A DNA stretch of 64,000 nt from Escherichia phage TH12. Shown here piece after piece: positions 8,135 through 17,243 of this stretch (the first letter of the stretch is position 1; every line of letters begins with the position of its first letter). The translations under genes were made by a program, and so were the position numbers. The stretch is from sequence record MT446390.1. One strand, 5' to 3'. The notes beneath the pieces are model-generated. The model was not told where the DNA came from and did no database searches. It was given only the letters and a program-made list of their open reading frames with translations.

Positions 8135-8665
8135 ATGAAAATTGTAATTGAAACAACCGAGTTGTTTGGTGATTTATGTATCGAAAAACGTGGTTATGCT
8201 TACGTTCTGACACAAGAAGATGATTCTGTTACTATTCTTCCTATGGAACTGGACAAGATTTTGAAACTCAATCCACCGGGCCATGCATCTGTAATTAACA
8301 TTGATGAAGACCTTCAAGTTCGTTTTTATCATGGACTTTATAGTGGGGTTAATATCGAAACAGAAGATGAATGCCTTTCTATTAATAATTGGAAAACATT
8401 CGTCACTAAAGTGAAAGAATTCATTGAATCTGAAACAGCCAAAAAGGCCAAACTTCAATGGGCTAAATGCCGTAATGCTTTTATTACAAATCAGGACCGC
8501 CCTGACTATACAACGGTCCTAGGCGTTAATCCTTCTTATGAAGATGGCGATGTTGTAGTTATTCGTCAAATTGATGACCTTCGTCAACATATCGTTACAT
8601 TAGACAAAGATGAAGCAGTTGCTCTTAAAGCTTATCTTGATTCTATTATCCCAACTTTGAAATAA
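8135..8665 (+). CDS. Hypothetical protein (176 aa)
   Basis: Internal ATG (MKIVIETT) directly after upstream stop; track start 8123 not ATG. Confidence 0.6.
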   Translation: MKIVIETTELFGDLCIEKRGYAYVLTQEDDSVTILPMELDKILKLNPPGHASVINIDEDLQVRFYHGLYSGVNIETEDECLSINNWKTFVTKVKEFIESETAKKAKLQWAKCRNAFITNQDRPDYTTVLGVNPSYEDGDVVVIRQIDDLRQHIVTLDKDEAVALKAYLDSIIPTLK

Positions 8666-8674
8666 GGAATTATT

Positions 8675-9148
8675 ATGATTATCAATGAAAACTCTTGGCA
8701 CTTTAAAATTTATGCCGCGTTCAATAGTACATGGAATCGTCCGAAAACGTTGTGTGCTTATTTTTGGAAAACGTTAATCCCAGTATTGTCTGTTTCAATT
8801 ATTGGATTTGCGATTTTAGCAGCAGTCGTAATCATTGGCCAGGAAATTTTAACTAGATTCTTTGTTTTTAGCAGTCTATGGACATTAGTTCCGGCCTCAA
8901 TTGGCGTAGGCATTTTAATGGTAGCAGTCATGTCTCTTATTGCTGTCGGGTTGGTAATTGGCCCGTCTTGGTTGTTAGACAAATATAACGACAGAAAATA
9001 TTATAAAGAAGTTGAGCTCATTGCACAAAACCAAGAACGAATTAAAAATGGACTTGAGCCTATTGAACGTAAGAAATCATTAATAGGTGAATACCTTAAA
9101 GCTCGTAAAGAAAAAGTCTGTCCTACTCTTGAATATAAGGCTAAATGA
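8675..9148 (+). CDS. Membrane protein (157 aa)
   Basis: Two to three hydrophobic helices (LIPVLSVSIIGFAILAAVVIIG; VPASIGVGILMVAVMSLIAVGLVIG). Confidence 0.6.
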   Translation: MIINENSWHFKIYAAFNSTWNRPKTLCAYFWKTLIPVLSVSIIGFAILAAVVIIGQEILTRFFVFSSLWTLVPASIGVGILMVAVMSLIAVGLVIGPSWLLDKYNDRKYYKEVELIAQNQERIKNGLEPIERKKSLIGEYLKARKEKVCPTLEYKAK

Positions 9149-10134
9149 TGAAAACAATTATGAAAGGCTACTTTGGTAGTCACCTTTATGGAACGTCTAC
9201 TCCTGAATCTGACGTCGATTTTAAAGAAATTTATGTCCCTCATGCTCGTGATATCTTGACCGGTAACGTTAAAGAACACATGAGCAAGAACACGAATAAC
9301 ACATCTTCTAAGAACACAAAAGACGACGTGGACCATGAGTTGTATAGTCTCAAATATTTCTTTAAACTAGCTGTGGATGGTGAAACCGTCGCATTAGATA
9401 TGCTTCACACTCCACAAAGTCTAGTAGTTAAATCTGATTTGCCTGATGTATGGAAGTATATTCAAGATAACAGATCTCGTTTCTATACCACTAACATGAA
9501 ATCTTATTTAGGGTATGTCCGTAAGCAAGCTTCTAAATATGGCGTCAAGGGTTCTCGTCTGGCTGTTCTCCGCCAAGCCCTTAAACGTTCTAATGAATGG
9601 GGACGATACTTTGATAATGGCGCAGTAATTCGTTTATCACATATGAAGAACGTTCTGCCTGTAGGTGAATTTGCTTCATGGGTTGAAACTGAAAACGAGA
9701 AAACAGGTAAGCAAACATTCTATAGTCTGTTGGACCGTAAATTCCAAGACACGTTAACCAATAAAGAGTTCAATGCCATCCTGGTTAAACTTGAAGAGAA
9801 CTACGGTGAACGTGCTCGTAAGGCAGAAGCCAATGAAGGTATTGATTGGAAAGCATTGAGTCATGCATGCCGTGGTGGACTTCAGCTCTTAGAAATTTAC
9901 AAAACCGGCGACCTGGTTTACCCGCTTCAGGATGCTCCATTTATTCTCGATGTTAAGCTTGGTAAACATACGTTTAAAACCGTACAGGAATTCTTAGAAG
10001 ATATCGTTGACCAAGTTGAACATGCGGCAGAACAAGCTGCTAAGAACGGTATGCAGCAAAAAGTAGATATGAGTTTCTGGGATGACTTCCTTGAGCAAGT
10101 CTACTTAGAAAACCACAATTCATACTATAAATGA
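9145..10134 (+). CDS. Pol-beta-superfamily nucleotidyltransferase-like protein
   Basis: N-terminal GS-x10-DVD motif (GYFGSHLYGTSTPESDVDF) typical of minimal nucleotidyltransferases; 329 aa. Confidence 0.65.
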   Translation: MMKTIMKGYFGSHLYGTSTPESDVDFKEIYVPHARDILTGNVKEHMSKNTNNTSSKNTKDDVDHELYSLKYFFKLAVDGETVALDMLHTPQSLVVKSDLPDVWKYIQDNRSRFYTTNMKSYLGYVRKQASKYGVKGSRLAVLRQALKRSNEWGRYFDNGAVIRLSHMKNVLPVGEFASWVETENEKTGKQTFYSLLDRKFQDTLTNKEFNAILVKLEENYGERARKAEANEGIDWKALSHACRGGLQLLEIYKTGDLVYPLQDAPFILDVKLGKHTFKTVQEFLEDIVDQVEHAAEQAAKNGMQQKVDMSFWDDFLEQVYLENHNSYYK

Positions 10135-10135
10135 T

Positions 10136-10153
10136 AAGGGCCTTCGGGCCCTT
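10136..10153 (+). terminator. Hairpin terminator candidate (UUCG loop)
   Basis: aagggcc-ttcg-ggccctt; weak T-tract. Confidence 0.5.
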
Positions 10154-10181
10154 TAGGGGGTCAAAATATTTTTAAAAAGTA

Positions 10182-10210
10182 GTGTACATGTTTTTAGGAT
10201 ATGTTATTAT
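10182..10210 (+). promoter_or_regulatory. T4-type early promoter
   Basis: gtgtac 10182-10187, 17-bp spacer, tattat 10205-10210, followed by tatagacctatcaa element. Confidence 0.55.
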
Positions 10211-10249
10211 AGACCTATCAAAACGAAATGAGTAAATTTGGAGAATAAA

Positions 10250-11230
10250 ATGTTCAACGTTCAAATCAAAAAAGGTATCTATCGTAATAATGAAATCTCC
10301 GGTTCTTATGTTGCCACAAAGACATGGTTCCCAGCAAAGCTTAATCCTGAATGTTCCCACTTAGGTGACGGTAAAATTTTCGTTATGATTGATGGTTCTG
10401 AACGTGGAGTATGGGTCTTCAAATCAGACATCGTAATGGAAGGAGTTGAGACGACACCAGTTGCAGTTGTTGAAAGCACTGAAGATATGAAAACTCGTAT
10501 CAACAAACGCTTTAAAGTAATGAACATGATGACGAATGGCATTATCGATGGCAAAATTCGTTCACTCATTATTTCAGGTGCAGCTGGTATTGGTAAGACG
10601 TATTCTCTGGATAAAGCGCTTAATAATGCTAATGATAATGGTTTCATCAAATACAAAAGCATTAATGGTAAAATCTCTGGTATTGGCCTTTACGAACAAC
10701 TTTGGCTCAACCGTGATGCAGACAGCGTTCTCTTAATCGACGATGTTGATGTATTCTCGGATATGGATATCTTGAACCTTCTTAAAGCAGCATTAGATAC
10801 TGGTGATAAACGCAAAGTTTGCTGGAGCACTGCATCATCTTATCTTGATGATAAGGGTATCGATAAAGAATTTGAGTTTGAAGGTACTATTGTTTTCATT
10901 ACAAACGTTGATATCGATAAAGAGTTAGAACGCGGTTCGAAACTTGCTCCGCACCTTCAAGCTTTAGTATCTCGTTCAGTGTATCTCGACCTTGGAGTAC
11001 ACTCTAATGAAGAGATTATGGTTCGAGTTGAAGATGTAATATTATCTACTGACATGATGCAGAAACGTGGTCTGACGGATGCAGAAACGTATAAAGCATT
11101 GTCCTGGATGAAGGCTAACGTATCTCGTCTTCGCAATGTATCATTACGTACGGCTCTTTATGTAGCAGATTTTATTTCAACCGATAAAGATGGTTGGGAG
11201 GAAATCTCTGAAGTAACTTTACTGAAATAA
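10250..11230 (+). CDS. AAA+ ATPase-like protein
   Basis: Walker A ISGAAGIGKT, Walker B VLLIDDVD; 326 aa; track start 10238 is TTG. Confidence 0.7.
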   Translation: MFNVQIKKGIYRNNEISGSYVATKTWFPAKLNPECSHLGDGKIFVMIDGSERGVWVFKSDIVMEGVETTPVAVVESTEDMKTRINKRFKVMNMMTNGIIDGKIRSLIISGAAGIGKTYSLDKALNNANDNGFIKYKSINGKISGIGLYEQLWLNRDADSVLLIDDVDVFSDMDILNLLKAALDTGDKRKVCWSTASSYLDDKGIDKEFEFEGTIVFITNVDIDKELERGSKLAPHLQALVSRSVYLDLGVHSNEEIMVRVEDVILSTDMMQKRGLTDAETYKALSWMKANVSRLRNVSLRTALYVADFISTDKDGWEEISEVTLLK

Positions 11231-11362
11231 GCTTATAGGAAGTTCTGAGGTAAGCCATAAAGATGAATAATCATATGGCTTACCTCAAAGAAGGACACCA
11301 GGAACCTACTGAGGGCATAGAAATATTTAAAATAATGATGTACAAATCAAAGAGGATATGTT

Positions 11363-11650
11363 ATGGATTTTATGCAAAAAAATAAAGCCGCAGTCGAACT
11401 CTATGCTCATCGTATGGTTAGTTCTACAATGCAATATAGCGAGGAAGTTCGCCAGGACTCTTCCTTGAAAGGAAAAACTAAAGCCTTAATTACCTTAGAT
11501 CGTTTGCAAAAGAATGCCATAGAGATGCTCCAGTACGACAAGAGTGTATATAAGAAAGAACAGGAAGAGAAACTTAAATCTGAAAAGTTACAGAAAACCC
11601 CGAAGTCGGTTTGGTTCAGTGGAAAAAATACTGAAAAAAGTTTCTTTTAG
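11363..11650 (+). CDS. Hypothetical protein (95 aa)
   Basis: ATG after AGAGGA. Confidence 0.55.
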   Translation: MDFMQKNKAAVELYAHRMVSSTMQYSEEVRQDSSLKGKTKALITLDRLQKNAIEMLQYDKSVYKKEQEEKLKSEKLQKTPKSVWFSGKNTEKSFF

Positions 11651-11708
11651 TTGTTTACAAGGTCTATGGTTGTGTTATTATAGACCTATCAACTACTGGA
11701 GGTAAAAC

Positions 11709-12236
11709 ATGAACGCTAAAGATATTTTCAACCTGGTAAATTATAACGACGGTAAATTTAAATCTGAAGCACAGAGCAAGTTCTTTAATGACGTTGCTTA
11801 TGGTAACGAGATTACCGTGGATGGAGGTCAGATTTTCAAATCTCGCTGGAATTGGATTGCTATCATCGATTCAGTTGGAATTGTGGAAGTCTACAAAAAC
11901 ACTAACAAAAAACGTACATTATTCTGGTCTCGTGAAACTAACGAACAGTACAAAAAGGATAAAGCATCTCGTTTATCCAAAGTAACCCAGGAAGATATCG
12001 AGTTTATCAAGAAAGATATCGAGATGTACGAAAATTTAATAGCTGAAGACCAGGCAGTACTCGATAAGTTTGATGAAATTAAAGCTTCTCGTGAAATCCC
12101 TGACTTCATGAAAGAAACAGTAAACGAACGATACGCTCTCACTTCAGAACGTATTGCAAACTATACAAAACAGAAAGCAGAACGTATTAGTACTCTTCGG
12201 AAATTTGAAGAACGTTTAAAGACGGTTCACGCATAA
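11709..12236 (+). CDS. Hypothetical protein (175 aa)
   Basis: ATG after TGGAGG; early promoter upstream. Confidence 0.6.
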   Translation: MNAKDIFNLVNYNDGKFKSEAQSKFFNDVAYGNEITVDGGQIFKSRWNWIAIIDSVGIVEVYKNTNKKRTLFWSRETNEQYKKDKASRLSKVTQEDIEFIKKDIEMYENLIAEDQAVLDKFDEIKASREIPDFMKETVNERYALTSERIANYTKQKAERISTLRKFEERLKTVHA

Positions 12237-12298
12237 ACGCTTTACCCAAGGACGGGTTATAATGGTTTTGAGTTCCAATTCAATCTGAGGAAATAGTT

Positions 12299-13294
12299 AT
12301 GAGCATTATATCTGATGCGGTAAAACATGAAATTAACGGTTTATGTGCTTCACAGATTAAAGTGTGGTTTAAAGACCATAACGATCGCAGAGCACTTAAT
12401 TATGAGCAAATTGCTATCCAAGTTCATCAATTACTGACTAGTAAATTTGATTTTCATATGCCATCTGAAATCTATACTAATCTGCCACGAGCACTTATTA
12501 AAGCGTGTAAAGGTTATGGAAAATCAATGGCTGATGGAATCTTCAGCGCGCTGAATAAACTTAACGTTCTGTCGATGATTAACTCTAACAATATCCTGCG
12601 TAATCTAGGACGTACTGATTTGTTCGGACGTGAACAGTGTAAAATGCCTTTGAAATGGATTGTTGCTCATCTTAACGAGAACCAAACACGTTTTATGGCC
12701 GTAACAGCACGTTTACAAATGGGCTTAGATCGTCAGATGAACTTTAAAACTCATCCATGTTATTCAGGTTCAACAGACTTTTATAAATGCGAGCTTCAAA
12801 AGGTCGGTGGCAAAACTGTCTTAGTAGTTCGTGTAACGTTTGAAGGACGACGTCAAGGATATTTTGACATAATCGGCTCTGGTCTTAAACATTGTGGATT
12901 TATCAACGAAGTTGATATCAAGCGAGACAGCGTTGGATACCGTATTGGGTATGTTTGTACTCTTAAAGAAGAGATTTCAGGACCAGCACCAGGACTAAAA
13001 GACGTTAGATATAAAGACGAGCTCGTTGAAGAAATAAAAGAAGTTGAATATGATATCAACCAAGAAGATGCTCTTAAAGACCTTATTGACGAACTAAACC
13101 AAGACGTTATTCCGGTTCAGAAATTTGAATCAAAACATGCTGAGCAAATCAAATACTTTGAAGCTTTGATTAACGAACTTAATGTAACTATTCAACAGAC
13201 TGACGATGAAATCTCACGATTAGCAGGCTTAAATGGTAAAAATAAAACAGAACGAGCTAATCTTATTCAAGTAGTAAAACTTCTTAAGGAATGA
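12299..13294 (+). CDS. Hypothetical protein (331 aa) with C-terminal coiled-coil-like segment
   Basis: ATG after TGAGGA; heptad-like C-terminus. Confidence 0.65.
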   Translation: MSIISDAVKHEINGLCASQIKVWFKDHNDRRALNYEQIAIQVHQLLTSKFDFHMPSEIYTNLPRALIKACKGYGKSMADGIFSALNKLNVLSMINSNNILRNLGRTDLFGREQCKMPLKWIVAHLNENQTRFMAVTARLQMGLDRQMNFKTHPCYSGSTDFYKCELQKVGGKTVLVVRVTFEGRRQGYFDIIGSGLKHCGFINEVDIKRDSVGYRIGYVCTLKEEISGPAPGLKDVRYKDELVEEIKEVEYDINQEDALKDLIDELNQDVIPVQKFESKHAEQIKYFEALINELNVTIQQTDDEISRLAGLNGKNKTERANLIQVVKLLKE

Positions 13295-13323
13295 TGTACA
13301 ACCAAGGATGGTTGGAGTATAAT
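13295..13323 (+). promoter_or_regulatory. Early promoter with spacer stem-loop (caacc-AAGGAT-ggttg) abutting TATAAT
   Basis: tgtaca 13295-13300, spacer hairpin, tataat 13318-13323. Confidence 0.6.
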
Positions 13324-13349
13324 AAATTTTTCAACATGAGGAATATAAA

Positions 13350-14309
13350 ATGGCTTTTATTACACGTAGAGAACTTATCAAAGAATTTACCTCGAACGCA
13401 TATACTCCAGGACCTAATCCTATCCGTATGCCTGTAAAGACTCCTGAAGAGATTGAGGAAATCTGTTCGTATTATGGGATTACTTCTCGTATGTTTACTC
13501 AATTTGAATGTGTTACTAACACGCCCGTTAAAGAGTTCATTAAAAATGGTGAGTTCAGCCGTTTATTAGCCAAACAGAAACTTCGTAATTTTTGTATTGG
13601 CGGTTGTGGACAATATTTCGCTAAGCAGTTCCGGAATAACCTTAACAATCTGATGGCCATTGCTTCTCGTATTCGTCCTCAAGCAATTAACATGAAACAT
13701 TTGAAATATACTTACGATAAGTTAGAAATCATGGTTATCAGTGAGAACGAGTTCACTCTTACGTATAAACCTAAGAATGATAACGTTGCTCGTGTATTCC
13801 ACCAAGCGCTAGAAGTGTTAGGCGATAATATCCATGAGATTAAAGCAATTTATTCTCGTGAGCTTAATATTATCGACCCTATCAAGAATAAGGGCCATAT
13901 CGCTATCCAGGCTCGTGTATCTATTGGTAAAAAGGTTCCTGCGCCATGGTGGCACAAAGACTCTGAATACTATCAAAATCTTAAAAAGGAAAATGCAACG
14001 TTCGAAGGCAATATCACAGCAACACCAGTCGGTAATGCAGAGGTTCTAAGCGCATATTCTCCGACACAACCCGGTATGTTTAAAGGTTTGCCAAATGTGT
14101 GCAAACTGTCGGCAGTAAAACTAAATGTTTCTAATGACCTTCTTCCGGCCGAAGATTATCATTACAACCAAATCAAGGCTACTGTAGACCAACTGTCCGT
14201 TGAACTTGACAAAGCACAAGCTAAGCTTCGTGATGCTCAAAGTGTTGTAACGAATCTCCAGTTGCAGTACTCTAAACTTTTTAATGCAATGAATGCATTA
14301 AAATCATAA
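13350..14309 (+). CDS. Hypothetical protein (319 aa) with C-terminal coiled-coil-like segment
   Basis: ATG after TGAGGA; own promoter. Confidence 0.65.
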   Translation: MAFITRRELIKEFTSNAYTPGPNPIRMPVKTPEEIEEICSYYGITSRMFTQFECVTNTPVKEFIKNGEFSRLLAKQKLRNFCIGGCGQYFAKQFRNNLNNLMAIASRIRPQAINMKHLKYTYDKLEIMVISENEFTLTYKPKNDNVARVFHQALEVLGDNIHEIKAIYSRELNIIDPIKNKGHIAIQARVSIGKKVPAPWWHKDSEYYQNLKKENATFEGNITATPVGNAEVLSAYSPTQPGMFKGLPNVCKLSAVKLNVSNDLLPAEDYHYNQIKATVDQLSVELDKAQAKLRDAQSVVTNLQLQYSKLFNAMNALKS

Positions 14310-14313
14310 AACG

Positions 14314-14343
14314 GTTTACAACCAAGGATGGTTGGAGTATAAT
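14314..14343 (+). promoter_or_regulatory. Early promoter with spacer stem-loop (caacc-AAGGAT-ggttg) abutting TATAAT
   Basis: gtttac 14314-14319, tataat 14338-14343; 26-nt identical to 13298-13323 and 56460-56485. Confidence 0.6.
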
Positions 14344-14371
14344 GAATCTATCTTAACGAGAGGAAAATATT

Positions 14372-15322
14372 ATGACACGTTCACATTACATTGAATACTT
14401 TGCCGGTCTTATCGCTAACGTTCATGCCCAGCGCGCTGTTGGTGCACTAGGATTTGATGTTCCACACCGAGATGTAGTAAGTGGTATTCTTCGCGATTTT
14501 GGTACATACACAGGTCAAGAAAATCATATCTGTAAAGATACTCAGAATGCGTATTCTCATTCATTAGGGACACTGCTTCAATGGTTCAAACGTTCTCGTT
14601 TATTATCTTCTACTGTAGCTCGCGATAACATTAAAAACTTTATGAAACCGAGCTTTATTAAATCTGTGACATCTAAAACCGATTTGGTTGAATTCACTAT
14701 TGTTAATGATGTTAAAAAGACTCATTTGGCTGATTGGTTATCTACCATTCCTGAAACTAAATTCGCTGATAAATTTGCTTGTGAATTCAATAACCAAGTG
14801 AATATGCTTTTTAAACATTCTCGTAAATTATTCACGGGCGGTGATGGTCGTACAAATAAAGTTCATGTTAAAGATTGGGTTACTGCAGTATTCAAACCGA
14901 CCGGTAATGGTAACGCATCATTATCAATTGATATCCAGGTTCCTTATTACTACTCACGTAATCTCGGTACCATGAAAGCTGAAGAAATTAATAAGCATAA
15001 CAAAACCGTTCGTTCATTGTCTTATAAACTTATTACATTGTTAGAGACTATGGATGTTGTTGAAACGTTCGACGAATCCGAAGATAACGGTTCAATGTTA
15101 TACAGTTCTCGCACCCGAATTAAGCTGAAGAACCCTAACGAGTATAAACTTAAGACTATTAAAGAACCTAAAGTAGAAAAAGTTGACAACTTGAGCGAAG
15201 AACGTGAATATCTCAAATCTCGTCTGAAAGAAGTCGAAGCCCAGATTAAAGAACAGACTAAATCATTAAAAGCTCTGAATGCAAAAGCTGATGGTTTACG
15301 AAATGCTATTGAGGTTTTATAA
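14372..15322 (+). CDS. Hypothetical protein (316 aa) with C-terminal coiled-coil-like segment
   Basis: ATG after AGAGGA; C-terminus LKSRLKEVEAQIKEQTKSLKALNAKADGLRNAIEVL. Confidence 0.65.
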   Translation: MTRSHYIEYFAGLIANVHAQRAVGALGFDVPHRDVVSGILRDFGTYTGQENHICKDTQNAYSHSLGTLLQWFKRSRLLSSTVARDNIKNFMKPSFIKSVTSKTDLVEFTIVNDVKKTHLADWLSTIPETKFADKFACEFNNQVNMLFKHSRKLFTGGDGRTNKVHVKDWVTAVFKPTGNGNASLSIDIQVPYYYSRNLGTMKAEEINKHNKTVRSLSYKLITLLETMDVVETFDESEDNGSMLYSSRTRIKLKNPNEYKLKTIKEPKVEKVDNLSEEREYLKSRLKEVEAQIKEQTKSLKALNAKADGLRNAIEVL

Positions 15323-15627
15323 TGAAACTACGTCTTTTAGAGGATATTGATATGAGCACTAATCATGGCTTGGTTAAGTTTATTGACGATAGTTCAAAGA
15401 TTGAATTTGTTCAGCGAGATAAAATCCACGGTGAAGAAGAGTTCGTTCCTCCGGCATGGAACGAAATCATGAAAATGGTTGAACGACGTGAAAATGCTGC
15501 CAAATCGGCGGCAAAACATCCATGCCCGGAATGTGGAACTATCCAAGTCCAACTGGTTAACTGGACCACTGATAACTTGAAATTGAAATGCCGTAAATGC
15601 TTCCACAAATTTGAGAGAATATTATAA
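15322..15627 (+). CDS. Zinc-ribbon protein (101 aa)
   Basis: C-terminal CPECG...CRKC motif; TAATG overlap with upstream stop. Confidence 0.6.
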   Translation: MKLRLLEDIDMSTNHGLVKFIDDSSKIEFVQRDKIHGEEEFVPPAWNEIMKMVERRENAAKSAAKHPCPECGTIQVQLVNWTTDNLKLKCRKCFHKFERIL

Positions 15628-16040
15628 TGAGATATAGCCTTCGTTGTTTTATCGCAGCTTTAGTTTTTGCCGTTATTCCATTCATTTGGAACAGTCAGAA
15701 TACTTACATGGAAACTAAAGTAATTCCTGTGGAGGTAGTGGAATTAATCTCAGGCCAATCTACAGGAAAATATTCTAAATTAGAATTTATTGCAGTCTAT
15801 AAAGATGAGCAAGGACGAGTTTTTGACAGGCGTGTATCGCCATCGTTTTATACGCTTCTGAATAAAGGTGATACGATAGCTATAGAAATTCGTGAGATGG
15901 ATATCAAACAAACTACTAAAGATAACTTGATTTGGTTCTTTGGTACAGTGTTGTTGGTTTCTATTTGTATCACAGGTTTTATTACATGTATTGTATTTGG
16001 CATTGCATATTTAATCGATGAAAGGAAAAATAATGTTTAA
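15627..16040 (+). CDS. Membrane protein (137 aa)
   Basis: N- and C-terminal hydrophobic helices. Confidence 0.6.
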   Translation: MRYSLRCFIAALVFAVIPFIWNSQNTYMETKVIPVEVVELISGQSTGKYSKLEFIAVYKDEQGRVFDRRVSPSFYTLLNKGDTIAIEIREMDIKQTTKDNLIWFFGTVLLVSICITGFITCIVFGIAYLIDERKNNV

Positions 16041-16296
16041 AGTGTACGGGTATGACTCTACTATTCATAAATGCATTTATTGCGATAATGCGAAACGACT
16101 GCTGACTGTTAAGAAACAGCCATTCGAATTCATTAACGTTATGCCAGAAAAAGGTGTATTCGATGATGAGAAAATTGCTGAGCTTCTGGTTAAGCTTGGA
16201 CGTGAATCACAAGTTGGATTGACTATGCCTCAAGTGTTTGCTCCTGACGGAAGTCACATTGGTGGATTTGACCAACTACGAGAATATTTTAAATGA
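16033..16296 (+). CDS. nrdC: Thioredoxin/glutaredoxin NrdC
   Basis: MFKVYGYDSTIHKCIYCDNAKRLL...QVFAPDGSHIGGFDQLREYFK matches T4 NrdC; 87 aa; track start 16018 lies upstream. Confidence 0.9.
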   Translation: MFKVYGYDSTIHKCIYCDNAKRLLTVKKQPFEFINVMPEKGVFDDEKIAELLVKLGRESQVGLTMPQVFAPDGSHIGGFDQLREYFK

Positions 16297-16589
16297 GTAT
16301 TGATTTAACTTTCCCTGGCCCTTATGACCAGAACGAATTAGAAACTTTGTTATATCAAGAAATGTGCTCTCGTGCTAAGAACGATATTCAGTATGCTATT
16401 GATAATCCATGGGGCGAATTTCGGGTAATGATGGGTAATAGAATCATCGGTGTCCAATGGCGATTCGTTGGCCTTGAGCCTGAGGACTATGAAGAAAACG
16501 AGCATGGTGACTGGATTCCTGTTGGTGAATACCACTGGGAATACGGTGGTCCTGACTTCGAAGTTTCCTGTGCATGGGTAGAACAATAA
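16293..16589 (+). CDS. Hypothetical protein (98 aa), bracketed by a direct repeat
   Basis: ATGA overlap with nrdC stop; flanked by repeats 16279-16296 / 16594-16611. Confidence 0.55.
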   Translation: MSIDLTFPGPYDQNELETLLYQEMCSRAKNDIQYAIDNPWGEFRVMMGNRIIGVQWRFVGLEPEDYEENEHGDWIPVGEYHWEYGGPDFEVSCAWVEQ

Positions 16590-16607
16590 ACTGCGAGAAT
16601 ATTTTAA

Positions 16608-16943
16608 ATGAACGATATTGATTTCGCCAAAGCATATAAATTTGTAGCAACTCTTCTCGGTCCTGACGCTCCTACTAAGCTTGAAGTTTTAAATTCTATT
16701 CCGACTTCATTGGTTCGAGATGCTGAAATATGGACATGGGACGACTCGGCTGTTTGTGAAGATCTGTACATTCTGATGAATGACATGATGGTTAAAAAGC
16801 CTGAAACAATGGTTACTATTACTGTTGAAGAATATAATCGCCTGCAAGCCATTGAAGAGCTTCTGTGGAACATTGAATGTGACCTGCCGTCAGGGCTAGA
16901 ATCCTGGATTGATTATGAAGAGCTCAATAAACTCCGGGGTTAA
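16608..16943 (+). CDS. Hypothetical acidic protein (111 aa)
   Basis: ATG immediately after second repeat copy. Confidence 0.55.
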   Translation: MNDIDFAKAYKFVATLLGPDAPTKLEVLNSIPTSLVRDAEIWTWDDSAVCEDLYILMNDMMVKKPETMVTITVEEYNRLQAIEELLWNIECDLPSGLESWIDYEELNKLRG

Positions 16944-17071
16944 ACCGTGGTATTCTGCTCGATGGGAGACTGTCGAGCCAGACGTCGAAACGGTTTACAA
17001 CGACGAAGAACCATGTTATGATGAACCTTCAATAAATGAATTAATTGATATGGAAATGGGAAGAGATTATT

Positions 17072-17242
17072 ATGCAAGTTAAATTATTGTACCGTTTATT
17101 AAAAAATGGCAAGCATGATTGGTATTTGCTTATTAAAACCGATCCGAATTTTTTCTCTGGACAACCATTTACAGTTCGTCCTACTAAACGTCAGCTTCGC
17201 AAAGCTAAACGTTCTCATCGTAACTTTTATAGAGAATATTGA
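17072..17242 (+). CDS. Small basic protein (56 aa), paralog-like to 45627-45839
   Basis: Internal ATG (MQVKLLY) after GGGAAGAG; C-terminal FTVRPTKRQLRKAKR matches FAVRPTKRQIRQEKR. Confidence 0.45.
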   Translation: MQVKLLYRLLKNGKHDWYLLIKTDPNFFSGQPFTVRPTKRQLRKAKRSHRNFYREY

Positions 17243-17243
17243 T

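Noticed and set aside
10125-10132. Near-consensus late promoter TATAAATG at the end of the nucleotidyltransferase gene
   Set aside because: One mismatch to TATAAATA and located inside coding sequence; only the soc copy is exact and well positioned.
16915-17082. 55-aa acidic ORF in a GC-rich patch overlapping two plus-strand genes
   Set aside because: Overlaps both the upstream gene end and the paralog-supported 17072 ORF in a different frame; no SD.
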